64,000 nt of DNA from Alphaproteobacteria bacterium (GTDB lineage: Bacteria; Pseudomonadota; Alphaproteobacteria; RF32; CAG-239). The stretch's first letter is position 1. The number at the start of each line of letters is the position of its first letter. Shown piece by piece: positions 39,378 to 49,763 of this stretch. The position numbers and the translations under genes are program-made. The notes under the pieces are model-generated. The model was not told where the DNA came from and searched no databases. It was given only the letters and a program-made list of their open reading frames with translations. The stretch is taken from positions 30,808-94,807 of the forward strand of contig JAZQZH010000021.1 in assembly GCA_045633945.1 (NCBI GenBank), given 5' to 3'.

Positions 39378-40589
39378 TTACTTCTTCATAACTTGAACAC
39401 CTGGAAGTTCTTTTCCTTCCATCCATTCAAGAAATGCGCCACCTGCGGTTGAAATGTATGTAAAGTCATTTGCAACTCCTGCATTTTCTAATGCAGAAAC
39501 AGTGTCGCCGCCGCCTGCAACAGAAGTTAAAATGCCTTCTTTAGTTAATTTTGCAGCATGTTGAGCGACTGCATTTGTAGCTGTGTCAAATGGCTTCATT
39601 TCAAATACGCCAAGAGGACCATTCCAAACTAGTGTTTTGCATTCATTAAGTTTTTCGTTGATGGTTGCGATAGTTTTAGCGCCAACATCAAGTAAGCTCC
39701 AACCCTCTTGAGGAATTTCGCTTAACTCAACTGTTTTGTGTTCAGCCATTGGTTTGAATTCTTTAGATACAACAACATCTTTAGGTAAAATAATTTCGCA
39801 ATTATTAGCTTTTGCAGTTGCCATAATTTCTTTTGCTGTATCAAGCATATCCATTTGAACTAAAGAGTTTGCTTCGTTAATAGTATCTACACCACTTGCT
39901 TTTAAAAATGTATGAGCCATGCCACCAGAAATAACAAGCTTGTCAACTTTTTTAACTAAGTTGTTAAGCAGGTCTAATTTTGTAGAAACTTTAGATCCGC
40001 CAACAACAGCAAGTAAAGGTCTAACTGGGTTGTTTAAGCCGGTAGATAGAGCGTTAACTTCTTCGGCCATTAAAAGTCCCATGGAAGATGGTAACAATTT
40101 TGCAGCAGGAACCATAGAAGCATGAGCTCTGTGTGCTGTAGAGAAGGCATCAGAGATATACACGTCAGCAACTTTAACTAGTTCTTTTGCAAACTCTTCA
40201 TTGCCTTTCTTTTCTTCATTATAAAAGCGAAGATTTTCCAATAATAAAACTTCATCATTAGACATGTTTTTTACAGCCTCTTCAACTTTGAGACCAATGC
40301 AATCTTCAACAAATACTACTCTTTTACCTAAAGACTTTTCTAAATCTTTTACGATATGAGATAAAGAATTTTTCATATCACCTTTACCTTCAGGTCTACC
40401 AAAGTGAGAAATAACAACAACTTTAGCACCTTTATTCATTAAGTATTTAATTGTTGGAACAGTTCTATCGATTCTAGCTGTATTTGTTACATTAAAATTT
40501 TCATCCATAGGAACATTTAGGTCTGCTCTTAGCATGGAAACTTTGCCATTTAAATTACCTAAATCTTCAATAGTTTTATATTCTGTCAT
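39378..40589 (-). CDS. pgk: Phosphoglycerate kinase
   Basis: Full-length Pgk with the N-terminal substrate basket and C-terminal nucleotide-binding motifs (GGGA...). Confidence 0.9.
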   Translation of the reverse strand: MTEYKTIEDLGNLNGKVSMLRADLNVPMDENFNVTNTARIDRTVPTIKYLMNKGAKVVVISHFGRPEGKGDMKNSLSHIVKDLEKSLGKRVVFVEDCIGLKVEEAVKNMSNDEVLLLENLRFYNEEKKGNEEFAKELVKVADVYISDAFSTAHRAHASMVPAAKLLPSSMGLLMAEEVNALSTGLNNPVRPLLAVVGGSKVSTKLDLLNNLVKKVDKLVISGGMAHTFLKASGVDTINEANSLVQMDMLDTAKEIMATAKANNCEIILPKDVVVSKEFKPMAEHKTVELSEIPQEGWSLLDVGAKTIATINEKLNECKTLVWNGPLGVFEMKPFDTATNAVAQHAAKLTKEGILTSVAGGGDTVSALENAGVANDFTYISTAGGAFLEWMEGKELPGVQVMKK

Positions 40590-40615
40590 TTGTTTTATCC
40601 TAAAATAAAAAAATC

Positions 40616-40658
40616 CCCGCGTTTAAGTTTAGCAAAATTTGCTAAACTAAGCGCAGGG
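40616..40658 (-). terminator. Hairpin plus U-tract between gap and pgk (partial terminator/attenuator inside the operon)
   Basis: CCCGCGTTTAAGTTTAGCAAA / TTTGCTAAACTAAGCGCAGGG long imperfect inverted repeat. On the minus-strand RNA it is followed by AUUUUUUUAUUUUA. Confidence 0.55.
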
Positions 40659-40667
40659 AATGTTAAA

Positions 40668-41770
<1,103 letters not shown>

Positions 41771-41835
41771 GATAAATTTAAATATGGTATCTTGTTTTGG
41801 GGAAGTTATCCACAGAATGGTGCTTTATATGTAAA

Positions 41836-41866
41836 CAAAAAAAGTACCAAATTATGGTACTTTTTC
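41836..41866. terminator. Intrinsic terminator downstream of the 1114-aa gene; bidirectional geometry
   Basis: AGTACCA AATTA TGGTACT with AAAAAAA upstream and TTTTT downstream. Confidence 0.65.
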
Positions 41867-41885
41867 GTTTTAGTGCGGTATTTGA

Positions 41886-44800
41886 TTATCGTTGGTTTTG
41901 ATTTGGATTAAAAGGAGCCTGTGTTCCCTTTCTATCAATAACAATGCTTCTAGTCTCTACATTGGCGTCTATATCATTAGGGCTAACATTCTCAGAAATA
42001 ACTGTACCATCATTCAAATTATTTGATTTTATAATATCAACAGTAAACTCTCTTTCCTCTGTAATTTCATATTCATTACCATCGACAATGTCAAAACCAA
42101 TTTGAACAGGCTTCTCAGAAACAACTGGTAAAGGACGAAGATATAGGCGATCAAAACTATCTGTGCTAGGAACAGTTACTCCAGATGTGGTTCTTTCAAT
42201 GCTATATGTTCCTGCTTCTCCGCAGTCTCCGGCTTGGAAGTATCTTACAACTACATTTTTCGTTCCTGTAACACCATCAATTGTACCATTCTCATTTACT
42301 CTATCTATAACTTCTTTTACATGAGGAGCCATTTCTGGAGAAATATCTTCGCTACAACCTTTTAAGTAGTTTATTGTTGCGGTAATTTCTTTAGAAAATT
42401 CACCGTGTTGATCATTTGACCATGCAACCATTTGCTTCACAGAGAACATTGATTGTTCAACACTCAATCCTTCAAAAATACCTCCTTTAGCTCTCATTTC
42501 ATCAGTAATCATTGATGAGAAGAAGTCATATGCATTATCGCCGTAACGGTCTTTGAAGAATGTTTGCATTGCATCAAATTGTCTTTGAGTAATACCCGAA
42601 TTGTTATATCCGCCACGTTCTTCTACGTTTCCTGCTGCAGGTGTTCCTATTTCAACATCTTTAGAGTCAGGAACTACTTCTGCATTATCCCAATCAAGCG
42701 CAACATCGCTTGCATAAGATGTAACATGTGTTTCAGTATATGTGGCTTCTTCTAAAGTGTTAGACACGTTATTTAACTGAGTACTAGAATATACATTATC
42801 TTCTATATTGGAGCTATTATTAATAAAATTATTTGATGCAACATCTGATTGAGTTACTGCATTGTCTAAGTTTTCAGTCATAGATGTATTAACTACAGAA
42901 CCACTATTATCATAAATAGAAGCAGAGCTATCATGAGCCTCAACATTGCCGCTATGGGATAAATTTTCTGCATTGGTATTTATTACAATTTCTCTATTTT
43001 CAGTATTTAGAGTTATGTCATCGCTACCCCAAGAGCCAACTAATTTTCCATCATCAAGATTATTTGATTGATAGATATCTACATTATATTGTTTTACATC
43101 TTCAATAGTAATTGTTTGTCCTGCGGTAGTATCAAAACCTACTTGTACCTCAGAATAAGGAGTGGGGACAACATCTTCAGGTTCTGAAACTATTTTGGCT
43201 ACAGGTTCGAATACTGTTTTGTTTTCTACAGTTACTGTAGATAATGTATTTTCTCCTCCGCAATTGATTTCGCGAGAAGTAACAATAGTATTCATTTTTC
43301 CTTCAACACCTAAAATGCTACCATCATCCATTACACTATCTAATACTAAGCCGTCTTGATAGGTTAGAGTAGATAATGTTTTACATTCAAAGAAACTGTC
43401 AAACTTTTTAATATCATCATGATGTTGCCATAAATTCCAAGAAGACATTCTCTCATATTTAAAGAGTACTTCATCTCTTGTCATTCCTTCGAAGGCACCG
43501 CCTGATTGTAGCATATCATCAGTGATTCTAGAATAATATTCTTGATATTTTTCAGGTCCACCCCAAAAAGTTTGTAGTCGATTCCATTGATTTCTTGTTA
43601 TGCCAGATTCTTTTGACCAGTCACTAGGAGCTTGAACTGTTTTTGGAACAACATCTTCAGTCACTGTTTCCACAGTAGTTTCATTATTTTCTGTTAATGA
43701 TGTTGTTTCATGGGCTTCAACAGGTTCAGGAGTGCTAGTTGCAGGCATATTAGCTTGAGTATTAGTTTCTGTATCAGTATCAAGGGCTGCATAAGCAATA
43801 AAAGCAGAAGCTGCGCCAAAACCTACAACAGCAAGAGCTTTGTCCCAGAAATCTTTGTTTTTATTTTTAAGAGTAGCAATAGTATTTGTTGCTCCATGAA
43901 CAGAGGAAACAGCTAGGCTAGCAAGTCTTTGTGCTCCACGTGCTGCAATAGCACCTGTAGCACCAAAAGTTCCGCTTACAACAGCTCCTGCAGCACCTAA
44001 TCCTATAAGTCCTGCTGCACTCCCCCATCCAGCTTCTTTAAAGTATTCTTTTCTTGATTCTTTATTGCTGAATATAGAATTAGATGCTTTTTTAAGTCTT
44101 TCCATAAAGGTTGTTTTTTTGTCTTTAGGATTATTTTTTGATAAACGAGCATCGCGTCTAGCTTTTGTGATAATTGGCCATACCCAAGATGATGCAACTT
44201 TGTACGCACCATATGCTACAACTGCAGTTCCTAGCCATGGAGCGCCAATGGCGGTTGCGCCGATTAACCCACTAACAGCTGCAATATCTGTAATTGTTTT
44301 TGGAGCTCTATCGCGCATGTTGTTGGCAAATTCATATCGTTGCCCCCAAATTTGTTTGGCTTTCTGAGAAAAAGATTCCTTTGCTCTAGAGATAAAATTG
44401 CTTGCTTTATTTAGAAAAGATTTTGCATTCTCAGATTTTGCAGCTGCTGATAATACTGAGAGTTTGTGTGCGTATTTGCCCGCATTATATTCAGTTTCAG
44501 CACATGATGCTATAACAATATCAGCATGAACTTTAACTTTTTGATTAAAATCTGCAGCTTTATCTTGAAGTTCCATGTTGCCTAAAGCAAGTTGTTGATT
44601 TTGGAAAAACTCTTCATTATCTTCAGTTAGAGCTTTTTCAGCATTAGGAACATTATCTGCAATTTGAGCAGCGGTCCGTAGATGCATTAAAGAGCCTAAG
44701 AATGATGTTTTTATTTCTTTTTTTAGATATTCTATTTTTTTATCATCAGTCAGTTCGGAAAATTCAGAGCTTTTAGATTGCTCGCACATAACATCCAGTT

Positions 44801-45194
44801 TAGTTTTTTCAACGAGCATACTGATATATTTTTCTTTTTCTTCTTGCGATAGCTCATAAACGTTATCTCCATTATTATCTATAACTGGAGTGTTATTAAT
44901 AGCTAGTGATACTTCTTCATCTTCAAGTAGGCTTTTTTCAAAATCATTATTATCTAGTTTATTATATAAAAACTCAGTATTTTTAGCTAAAACCTCAGCA
45001 GATACACTAAGTCGTTCATTATCAGCATGTTTTTGTTTAGATAATTTTTCATAGTTACGAGCCTCTATTAATATCTGAGCAATTTCTTTATCATGCTCTT
45101 CAATGAGTTTGATGGCTTTTTCAAAAGTTGCTTGATCGGATTCTACAAATCCACCTGCAATATTATATGCCTCATCAATGGTCATTAAATTCAT
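41886..45194 (-). CDS. Large orphan protein: coiled-coil N-terminus, glycine-zipper hydrophobic hairpins, Thr/Glu-rich linker, tandemly duplicated ~230-aa C-terminal module
   Basis: I prefer the start at 45194 (MNLMTIDEAYN) with RBS AGGAGT 9 nt upstream; the track start is 45230. The hydrophobic region (track residues ~313-482) is GLIGATAIGAPWLGTAVVAYGAY ... GWGSAAGLIGLGAAGAVVSGTFGATGAIAARGA ... ALAVVGFGAASAFIAYAAL. Residues 543-757 and 879-1114 are paralogous (GIT(R/Q)xQ...QTF...GG.FEG...VGFD...NNL.DG). Confidence 0.6.
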   Translation of the reverse strand: MNLMTIDEAYNIAGGFVESDQATFEKAIKLIEEHDKEIAQILIEARNYEKLSKQKHADNERLSVSAEVLAKNTEFLYNKLDNNDFEKSLLEDEEVSLAINNTPVIDNNGDNVYELSQEEKEKYISMLVEKTKLDVMCEQSKSSEFSELTDDKKIEYLKKEIKTSFLGSLMHLRTAAQIADNVPNAEKALTEDNEEFFQNQQLALGNMELQDKAADFNQKVKVHADIVIASCAETEYNAGKYAHKLSVLSAAAKSENAKSFLNKASNFISRAKESFSQKAKQIWGQRYEFANNMRDRAPKTITDIAAVSGLIGATAIGAPWLGTAVVAYGAYKVASSWVWPIITKARRDARLSKNNPKDKKTTFMERLKKASNSIFSNKESRKEYFKEAGWGSAAGLIGLGAAGAVVSGTFGATGAIAARGAQRLASLAVSSVHGATNTIATLKNKNKDFWDKALAVVGFGAASAFIAYAALDTDTETNTQANMPATSTPEPVEAHETTSLTENNETTVETVTEDVVPKTVQAPSDWSKESGITRNQWNRLQTFWGGPEKYQEYYSRITDDMLQSGGAFEGMTRDEVLFKYERMSSWNLWQHHDDIKKFDSFFECKTLSTLTYQDGLVLDSVMDDGSILGVEGKMNTIVTSREINCGGENTLSTVTVENKTVFEPVAKIVSEPEDVVPTPYSEVQVGFDTTAGQTITIEDVKQYNVDIYQSNNLDDGKLVGSWGSDDITLNTENREIVINTNAENLSHSGNVEAHDSSASIYDNSGSVVNTSMTENLDNAVTQSDVASNNFINNSSNIEDNVYSSTQLNNVSNTLEEATYTETHVTSYASDVALDWDNAEVVPDSKDVEIGTPAAGNVEERGGYNNSGITQRQFDAMQTFFKDRYGDNAYDFFSSMITDEMRAKGGIFEGLSVEQSMFSVKQMVAWSNDQHGEFSKEITATINYLKGCSEDISPEMAPHVKEVIDRVNENGTIDGVTGTKNVVVRYFQAGDCGEAGTYSIERTTSGVTVPSTDSFDRLYLRPLPVVSEKPVQIGFDIVDGNEYEITEEREFTVDIIKSNNLNDGTVISENVSPNDIDANVETRSIVIDRKGTQAPFNPNQNQR

Positions 45195-45387
45195 CTTATT
45201 TTTACTCCTAAAATCGCTATTCTGCTGCACTATACCCTATTTAATGAATAAATTCAATATTTTTTTTGTCAATTTTAAATATTTTTTAAAAAATTGTCAA
45301 ATTTTTGTGTTTTTTACGATGCTGAAAAAAATGTTGCTAAATATAATCAATAATATTATAAGACAAAAAAACAACAAAGAGGAACTT

Positions 45388-46470
45388 ATGCGCGTAGATT
45401 TATTTGACTTTGAGCTTGATAGAGATTTAATAGCTAGTAAGCCTGTTTTTCCAAGAGATACATCTAAATTGCTAGATGTAACAAGTGATGATATTGTTGC
45501 AGATAGACATTTTTATGATTTGCCAGAAATTTTAAAGAAGGGAGATGTACTTGTTTTCAATAATACCAAGGTCATACCTGCAAGATTATATGGAAAAAGA
45601 AATAATGCAGAAGTAGAGGTTACTCTATATCATCCTGAAAATGGCTTAAGTTGGTGGGCATTTATAAAAAACTCAAAAAGATTGCATAAAGAAGACATTA
45701 TTTCTTTTTATACAGATGTTATAAATGTTGAAGATTCTTTATTTAAGGCAAAGGTGCTAGAAAAGCATGGTGAAGAAGGTGTTTTAATAGAATTCATCTG
45801 TAGAGAAGAGGAACTATCAAAAAAATTAGAAGAATATGGTCATATGCCTCTTCCTCCTTATATAAAAAGAGATAAACCAACAACTGGTATATGGAATAAA
45901 TATAACGATAAGGAAGATTATCAAACTATATATGCGCGCCATGAAGGGGCTGTTGCAGCTCCAACAGCAGGGCTTCATTTTACAGATGAGATATTGCAAA
46001 AACTTGAAGAAAAAGGTGTAGAAAAAGTGTTTTTGACATTACATGTAGGAGCGGGAACTTTTTTACCTGTAAAAACAGATAACACTCAAGATCATAAAAT
46101 GCATGCAGAGTTTGGTATTATTACTCAAGAAACGTGTGATGTAATCAATAAAGCTAAAAAAGAAAACAGACGAATAATTGCAGTAGGAACAACATCTGTA
46201 AGGTTATTAGAGGCAGCATCTGATGATAAAGGGATATTAAATCCTTTTTATGGTGAGACATCTATTTTTATTACGCCTGGTTATAAATTTAAAATTATAG
46301 ACTATATTATAACAAACTTTCATTTGCCTAAATCTACATTATTTATGCTTATTTGTGCAATAGCCGGTACAGATAGAATGAAAGAGGCTTATAAACATGC
46401 AATTAAAGAAAGATATCGTTTTTATTCATATGGCGATAGTTCTATATTAAAATGTGTAAATAAAATTTAA
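45388..46470 (+). CDS. queA: S-adenosylmethionine:tRNA ribosyltransferase-isomerase
   Basis: True start MRVDLFDFELDRDLIASKPV at 45388 with RBS AAAGAGGAA. PLPPYIKR motif. The track ORF has a spurious N-terminal extension overlapping the upstream gene. Confidence 0.9.
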   Translation: MRVDLFDFELDRDLIASKPVFPRDTSKLLDVTSDDIVADRHFYDLPEILKKGDVLVFNNTKVIPARLYGKRNNAEVEVTLYHPENGLSWWAFIKNSKRLHKEDIISFYTDVINVEDSLFKAKVLEKHGEEGVLIEFICREEELSKKLEEYGHMPLPPYIKRDKPTTGIWNKYNDKEDYQTIYARHEGAVAAPTAGLHFTDEILQKLEEKGVEKVFLTLHVGAGTFLPVKTDNTQDHKMHAEFGIITQETCDVINKAKKENRRIIAVGTTSVRLLEAASDDKGILNPFYGETSIFITPGYKFKIIDYIITNFHLPKSTLFMLICAIAGTDRMKEAYKHAIKERYRFYSYGDSSILKCVNKI

Positions 46471-46510
46471 CTTTTTTGCTTTAAAATGTCCCAAAATTTA
46501 AAAACACATA

Positions 46511-47695
46511 ATGGAGATTTTCGTGTTAAAAGGGGTTGATGCTCAAAAGGTAATATCTTACAGTAAAAATGCAATATTTCCAATTGCAGTATTATCTGTA
46601 TTTTTAATGTATTTTTTTTCGGTAAAGCAAAAAAGTGATGGATTGTACCAATCATTGCATAATGTGTTTTTAGTAGTTTCTGTATTGACATTATTTATTG
46701 GTGTGTATTTTAAGGTGATTGGCTCAGTTATGAGTTCATTAGCTATATATATAGCGTATATAGTTATAAATAACACAAGATATATGTATGGTGAAGACTA
46801 TATTTTTTCACCATCATATAATATATGGATAATACTAATTGTTCCAACAATATATTTAATAAGCTATTTTTCAAAGTTTAGATTTGCGAAAAGGCATTGG
46901 AGCTTATTTTTAATTTTTTTATTTTTGGAAACATCTTTAGTTGAAGGGTTACAGTCTCAGGCTATTGAGATAGATTATGTTTTTTTCTATAAACATATAG
47001 GGGCAATGAACGTGCCTTCGTTTTATGTTTCAATTTTTTGTATATTCCTATTGTTGTTAAAATATATCTCTAAAGGATATATTTTAACAATAAAAACTCT
47101 GTTTAGCTCTTTATCTGTTATACTTGGAGTATATTTTTCCAATAATTTAGAGGCATACAGTTTATTCTTTTTATCTTCAGCTATTATTGAATGCGTAGTT
47201 ACTATTTATTATGTTATTTTTACAAGATATAAAAATGAAATATTAAATATTGCAAATATAAATATGTTTTATAAAGATGCAGAAAAAAAGTATCCACCCA
47301 AATTTAGTATAATACTTTTATATCTTGATGATTATGAACGTGTTTTAAAAAGATTTGGCGAGCCAAAAATGACTGTTTTAAAGAAAATGTTTTTTAAACG
47401 TATAAATAAGGTTGCACCTGATGTTAAAATATATAATTACCAAGATGATGCTTTGATACTTTCTTGCATGAATTTAAAAGCCAACGATTGTTTTGAAAAA
47501 GCAGAAGAGATAAGAAGAGCTATAGCTACATCTATTTTTATATTTAATGAGAATAATCATCTACAATTAACAGTCTCTCAATGTGTTAGCGAGAAAAAAC
47601 GTAGCGATATAAATACGGAGGTTGTATTACAAAGAGCAGAAGTTGCTCTGAAAAAGGCTTGTAAATTTACACGCAATATAACTGTTAAGGCTTAG
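46511..47695 (+). CDS. Polytopic membrane protein with a C-terminal degenerate GGDEF domain
   Basis: About 8 TMs, then a domain that aligns with GGDEF (LYLDDYERVLKRFGEP...VKIYNYQDDALILSC...LQLTVSQCVS...LQRAEVALKKACK). The catalytic GG(D/E)EF is replaced by YQDDA. Confidence 0.5.
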   Translation: MEIFVLKGVDAQKVISYSKNAIFPIAVLSVFLMYFFSVKQKSDGLYQSLHNVFLVVSVLTLFIGVYFKVIGSVMSSLAIYIAYIVINNTRYMYGEDYIFSPSYNIWIILIVPTIYLISYFSKFRFAKRHWSLFLIFLFLETSLVEGLQSQAIEIDYVFFYKHIGAMNVPSFYVSIFCIFLLLLKYISKGYILTIKTLFSSLSVILGVYFSNNLEAYSLFFLSSAIIECVVTIYYVIFTRYKNEILNIANINMFYKDAEKKYPPKFSIILLYLDDYERVLKRFGEPKMTVLKKMFFKRINKVAPDVKIYNYQDDALILSCMNLKANDCFEKAEEIRRAIATSIFIFNENNHLQLTVSQCVSEKKRSDINTEVVLQRAEVALKKACKFTRNITVKA

Positions 47696-48476
47696 ATATA
47701 GTTGCTTTATTTAATATATATATGCCAATAACTAAGAATGGAATAGATAGTAACTGTCCCATAGTTATTGTATTCCATAAAAAGCCAATATGTGCATCTG
47801 GCTCGCGGAAAAATTCCATCCCTATTCTAGATAATGAGTAAATTATTAAAAACATTGCAGATATAATACCGTTGTTTTTGCGTACAAATTCCTTTTTCCA
47901 TAATATGTTCAATATAATTAACATCAATAGTCCTTCTGTAAGCGCTTCGTATAATTGAGATGGGTGTCTTGGTAAATAGCCACCGGTTGGAAATTTGACA
48001 GCCCAAGGAACAGTAGTAACTCTTCCCCAGAGTTCTCCATTTATGAAATTGGCGATTCTTCCTAAGAAAATACCTATAGGGACATATAGAGCAACGATGT
48101 CTGTGATTTTTAAGAATTTAAATTTTTCTTTATGTGAAAAATAAAATAAGCCCAATATTACGCCAACTATCCCCCCATGGAATGACATTCCTCCATTCCA
48201 AATAGCAAATATTTGTAAGGGGTTATTAAAAAAGTAATCTTTACCATAGCAACAAATATATCCGATTCTACCGCCTAATATTATGCCTAATGTAGAGTAA
48301 AATGCTAAATCATCAAGTTGTTGATTGGAAATTCCTAAATCATATTTATCAATATTTTTCTTTATTAATATCCAAGCTATTATGATTCCAAACAAATATG
48401 CGAGAGCATACCATCGTAAATCAAATGGTCCAATAGACAAAGCTATTGGTGATATATTAGGGAAATCGATATACAT
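47685..48476 (-). CDS. lgt: Prolipoprotein diacylglyceryl transferase
   Basis: LGGRIGY and WNGGMSFHGG signature motifs. 7 TMs. Confidence 0.85.
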   Translation of the reverse strand: MYIDFPNISPIALSIGPFDLRWYALAYLFGIIIAWILIKKNIDKYDLGISNQQLDDLAFYSTLGIILGGRIGYICCYGKDYFFNNPLQIFAIWNGGMSFHGGIVGVILGLFYFSHKEKFKFLKITDIVALYVPIGIFLGRIANFINGELWGRVTTVPWAVKFPTGGYLPRHPSQLYEALTEGLLMLIILNILWKKEFVRKNNGIISAMFLIIYSLSRIGMEFFREPDAHIGFLWNTITMGQLLSIPFLVIGIYILNKATISKP

Positions 48477-48708
48477 AAATTCAACTCCAGACAGTGATGT
48501 ATTTACTTAAATTTATCTTAATAAAAAAATATAATCCACATAAAAACATTAAAAAAAATATAATATTTTATAAGTGTTTGAAAGTAAACGGTTTGTTAAA
48601 TGGGTAAAAGTTACTATTTACTTAAAAAAGTGGAAAACTGAATATATTTATTGTCTCAAATAAGGAATTGTTGCAAAAAATAAAACATCACGAACAAAAA
48701 GGCGTAAG

Positions 48709-49194
48709 ATGATGAATTTGGCAATAAAGCAAGAAATGTATAATCCACTTGATACAATAGAAAACATCTTTGTAAGAGATGATGTTTCTTTTGATAGAAG
48801 GGGAGATAATGAACTCGTTGCTGAAGTTTTAGGCAAATGGGATAATATGTTAGTATTTTTTGCATATGAAGAGCATATGCGATGCTTGCATATATCTTGT
48901 TTGTTAAACATAGAGACGTCTTCTGTTGATAGAACAAAAATGTTTGAGTTACTCGCTATGTTAAATGAGAATTTGTGGTTGGGGCATTTTTCTTATTGGA
49001 GTGAGCAAAAAATGCCAATATTCAAACATTCACTCATATTGCAAGATGAAGAAGAGTTGTTTAGTGATAAAATAAGTAAAATAATTGAGCTGTCAATTAT
49101 GGAGTGTGAGAGAGTTTTTCCAATTTTTAATGCGGTAATGCGCCAAAATGTATCACCTATTCAAGCTCTTCATTCCGATATTATGATAATGTAA
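48709..49194 (+). CDS. YbjN-like domain protein (T3SS-chaperone-like fold; putative sensory transduction regulator family)
   Basis: 161 aa, soluble. Weak resemblance to the YbjN family layout. Confidence 0.35.
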   Translation: MMNLAIKQEMYNPLDTIENIFVRDDVSFDRRGDNELVAEVLGKWDNMLVFFAYEEHMRCLHISCLLNIETSSVDRTKMFELLAMLNENLWLGHFSYWSEQKMPIFKHSLILQDEEELFSDKISKIIELSIMECERVFPIFNAVMRQNVSPIQALHSDIMIM

Positions 49195-49196
49195 AA

Positions 49197-49637
49197 TTAC
49201 CAAATATTTACATATTTAAGTAAGAAAATTATAACCCCAATTTGAATAGCTATAGAGGCAAAAAATGTTGCCATATACGCTTTCTTTTTATATTTATGGC
49301 GAAAAAACTTTTGTCCGCAAAAAGCACCTATCACACCGCCTAATAATTCAAGGGTGTGTAGTTGTATTTCAGGTATACGCCATTGTCCTTTTTGTGCTAA
49401 ACGTTTATCTTTGCCGTAGGCTAAAAAAGTAAAAAAATTAATCAATATAAGGTGAAATATGATAAAAAGAGAAAGGGCTTTTTTAGAAAATAAAAAAACT
49501 TTAATTTGCCAATAGTTTTCTAGAAAATATGCAACTGCAATCATAGAAATAGCATATAAAATATAAAAAATATTTTTTCTAATGCCTTGAAAAATAGCTA
49601 GTAAACTCAAAACAATGCTCGCAAATGTAATAACCAT
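49197..49637 (-). CDS. DUF1294 family membrane protein
   Basis: YGKDKRLAQKGQWRIPEIQLHTLELLGGVIGAFCGQKFFRHKYKK matches the DUF1294 core motif. Confidence 0.6.
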   Translation of the reverse strand: MVITFASIVLSLLAIFQGIRKNIFYILYAISMIAVAYFLENYWQIKVFLFSKKALSLFIIFHLILINFFTFLAYGKDKRLAQKGQWRIPEIQLHTLELLGGVIGAFCGQKFFRHKYKKKAYMATFFASIAIQIGVIIFLLKYVNIW

Positions 49638-49763
49638 GATATCTCCTTAGTTGCTAATTATTAACATAAAAAAAAGAAAAGTAAATTCAAAACTTAATAT
49701 TTTTTTAATTGCTTTGCTTTAAAAATAATACAAAAGATAATAAATTTAGCTAGGAGATGCTCT

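Noticed and set aside
46511-47695. Active diguanylate cyclase
   Set aside because: The GG(D/E)EF signature is replaced by YQDDA, so catalysis is unlikely. I describe it as a degenerate GGDEF instead.
48477-48708. Long AT-rich intergenic regions scanned for tRNA, small RNA or IS ends. Also scanned: 4050..4158, 15523..15645, 28102..28194, 45231..45387, 49638..49763.
   Set aside because: None has a cloverleaf-compatible GC-rich segment, inverted terminal repeats or direct repeats. They look like ordinary AT-rich promoter regions. A sigma-32-like clpP promoter in 28102..28194 was considered, but the spacing did not fit convincingly.
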